Made by a program: the position numbers and the translations under genes. Below, in pieces: positions 62,802 to 64,000 of a stretch of 64,000 bases of DNA; positions within the stretch are counted from its first letter, which is position 1; each line of letters opens with the position of its first letter. Location: NCBI GenBank assembly GCA_020632795.1, contig JACKEV010000023.1, positions 5,775-69,774 of the forward strand, given 5' to 3'. Below the pieces are notes generated by a model. That model ran no database searches, had not been told where the DNA came from, and saw only the letters and a program-made list of their open reading frames with translations. Origin of the DNA: Alphaproteobacteria bacterium (GTDB lineage: Bacteria > Myxococcota_A > UBA796 > CAJQPC01).

Positions 62802-63581
62802 GTGCGCCTGGGTCGCGCCGAGGAGGCCGTGGACGAGGCCCGAGGTGGCGCGGGGGCGCTCGGCGCCCTGGCCCTGGGCGAGGCGCTGCTCGCCGCCGGG
62901 GACCTCGCCGAGGCCCGCGCCCTGCTGCTTGAGGCCACCGCTCCCCAGCTCCTGCGGCTGCGGGCCGAGGTGCTGTCCACCGCCGGGGAGCCCGAGCAGG
63001 CCCTGGGCCTGGCCACCCGGGCCCTCGCCGCGCTGACCGAGCCTCTGGAGCGCGCCGAGGCCGAGGCCACCCTGGCCGCCTGCCTGCACCGGGCCGCCGC
63101 CTGGCCCGCCGCCCTGCACCACTGGGAGGCCGCCCGGGTGGGCCTCATCGCCGAGCTGGGCCCCGATCACCCCGACGTCGCCGCCATCCTGGACGGCCTC
63201 GGCCTCACGATGCGCCGCCTGGGCCGCTATCGGGAGTCCCTCGAGCTGCACCAGGCCGCCCTGCCCCTGCACCAGCGGGCCTTCGGCGCCTGGCACCCCG
63301 GGGTCGCCGGCAACCTGCACGCCCAGGCCCAGACCCTGCGTCGGCTGGGGGACTTCGAGGAGGCCCGGGACGCCCTGGCCGAGGCCTGGCAGGTCTCGGT
63401 GCGGGTCCAGGGGGAGCACCACCCCGACACGCTGACGACGGCATTTGAGCTGGGCCGGCTGGAGGTCGACTGCGGTCAGGTGGAGGAGGGGTTCGGGCGG
63501 ATGGGGGCGGCCTACGAGGCGCTGCGGGTGAGGTTGGGGCCGCAGCACCCGACGGTGGTGGCGATGGAGGGGTGGTTGTGA
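62802..63581 (+). CDS. TPR (TPR_10/12-like) repeat protein
   Basis: 259-aa ORF (GTG start). An in-frame TAG lies at 62667, with no ATG/GTG/TTG between it and 62802. It contains repeated HPD[VT]...L..LG......G.YEE/S.L-type units. Confidence 0.65.
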   Translation: MRLGRAEEAVDEARGGAGALGALALGEALLAAGDLAEARALLLEATAPQLLRLRAEVLSTAGEPEQALGLATRALAALTEPLERAEAEATLAACLHRAAAWPAALHHWEAARVGLIAELGPDHPDVAAILDGLGLTMRRLGRYRESLELHQAALPLHQRAFGAWHPGVAGNLHAQAQTLRRLGDFEEARDALAEAWQVSVRVQGEHHPDTLTTAFELGRLEVDCGQVEEGFGRMGAAYEALRVRLGPQHPTVVAMEGWL

Positions 63582-63588
63582 GGGGCCG

Positions 63589-64000
63589 TCAGCCCACGGC
63601 TCCGAGGAGATGCGCCGCAAAGGACCGGAACAGCGCCCGGGGGGCGGTCGCCTCGGACATCGTCCAGTAGGCGCCATTGTCGCCGTCGGACTGGGACGAC
63701 ATCATCAGCCCGACGCCGTTGTACAGCCGCTCGCTCATCAGCCGCTCGGCCATGATGCGATATCGGTCGGCGTAGGTGGCGCCCGTGAACACCGGGTCGT
63801 GCCCGAGCGCCCCGGCCGCGATGGACACCGGCTCCTTCGATGACCGTGGCGTGTCCTCCAGGAGCAGGAGGTAGCCCAGGAACGGCGGCCGTGGATCCTC
63901 CACGATGTCCAGCGGCTCACCCTCGGTGGTCTCGCCGTCGGGCCTCGCCACCGGCTCGACCAGCCCGTGGCGCCGCGCGGTCCAGAAGTCGTGGCCCAGG
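63589..64000 (-). CDS. hypothetical protein (partial; 5' end beyond the right edge)
   Basis: The track ORF 63589..63951 starts at an internal GTG. The same frame stays open to position 64000. No family recognised. Confidence 0.45.
   Translation of the reverse strand, partial: LGHDFWTARRHGLVEPVARPDGETTEGEPLDIVEDPRPPFLGYLLLLEDTPRSSKEPVSIAAGALGHDPVFTGATYADRYRIMAERLMSERLYNGVGLMMSSQSDGDNGAYWTMSEATAPRALFRSFAAHLLGAVG

Overview
High-GC chromosomal segment that looks myxobacterial. That is an inference from composition, MopE-type Cys/Asp motifs, FG-GAP lipoproteins and DUF1501/PSCyt-type operons. I count about 57 protein-coding genes and recognised no rRNA, tRNA, CRISPR array, transposase or integrase. 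The clearest housekeeping anchor is gyrA (13194..15701). Most of the long ORFs in the track are opposite-strand or off-frame shadows typical of GC-rich DNA. Three accessory features stand out. (1) At 24.0-30.05 kb there is an eight-gene, translationally coupled minus-strand operon. It is headed by a 119-aa cysteine-free peptide built from about 7 tandem 14-aa repeats (42-bp DNA repeats, perfect AGGAGG RBS). The following genes are a DUF692 (MbnB/TglH-type) enzyme, a coupled partner, an arginase-family enzyme, a TylF-type methyltransferase, two paralogous 2OG-Fe(II) oxygenase-like proteins and a double-GNAT acetyltransferase. I read this as a candidate undescribed RiPP-type pathway. (2) At 48.0-56.35 kb lies a 2777-aa secreted SpvB/TcB - FG-GAP - Rhs/YD fusion toxin whose extreme C-terminal tip is visibly AT-richer. 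It is followed at 40.56-48.02 kb by 13 small immunity-like genes that fall into paralog families, with no intervening toxin modules. (3) At 11.85-13.07 kb there is a 1.2-kb AT-richer two-gene insert: a divergent HGDEF nucleotide cyclase with a C-terminal zinc ribbon plus a 1-TM protein. It is flanked by 40-bp imperfect direct repeats that duplicate the 3' end of a small lipoprotein ORF. All family names are from my own motif reading, not database searches. Start codons were refined by hand and are less certain than stops.
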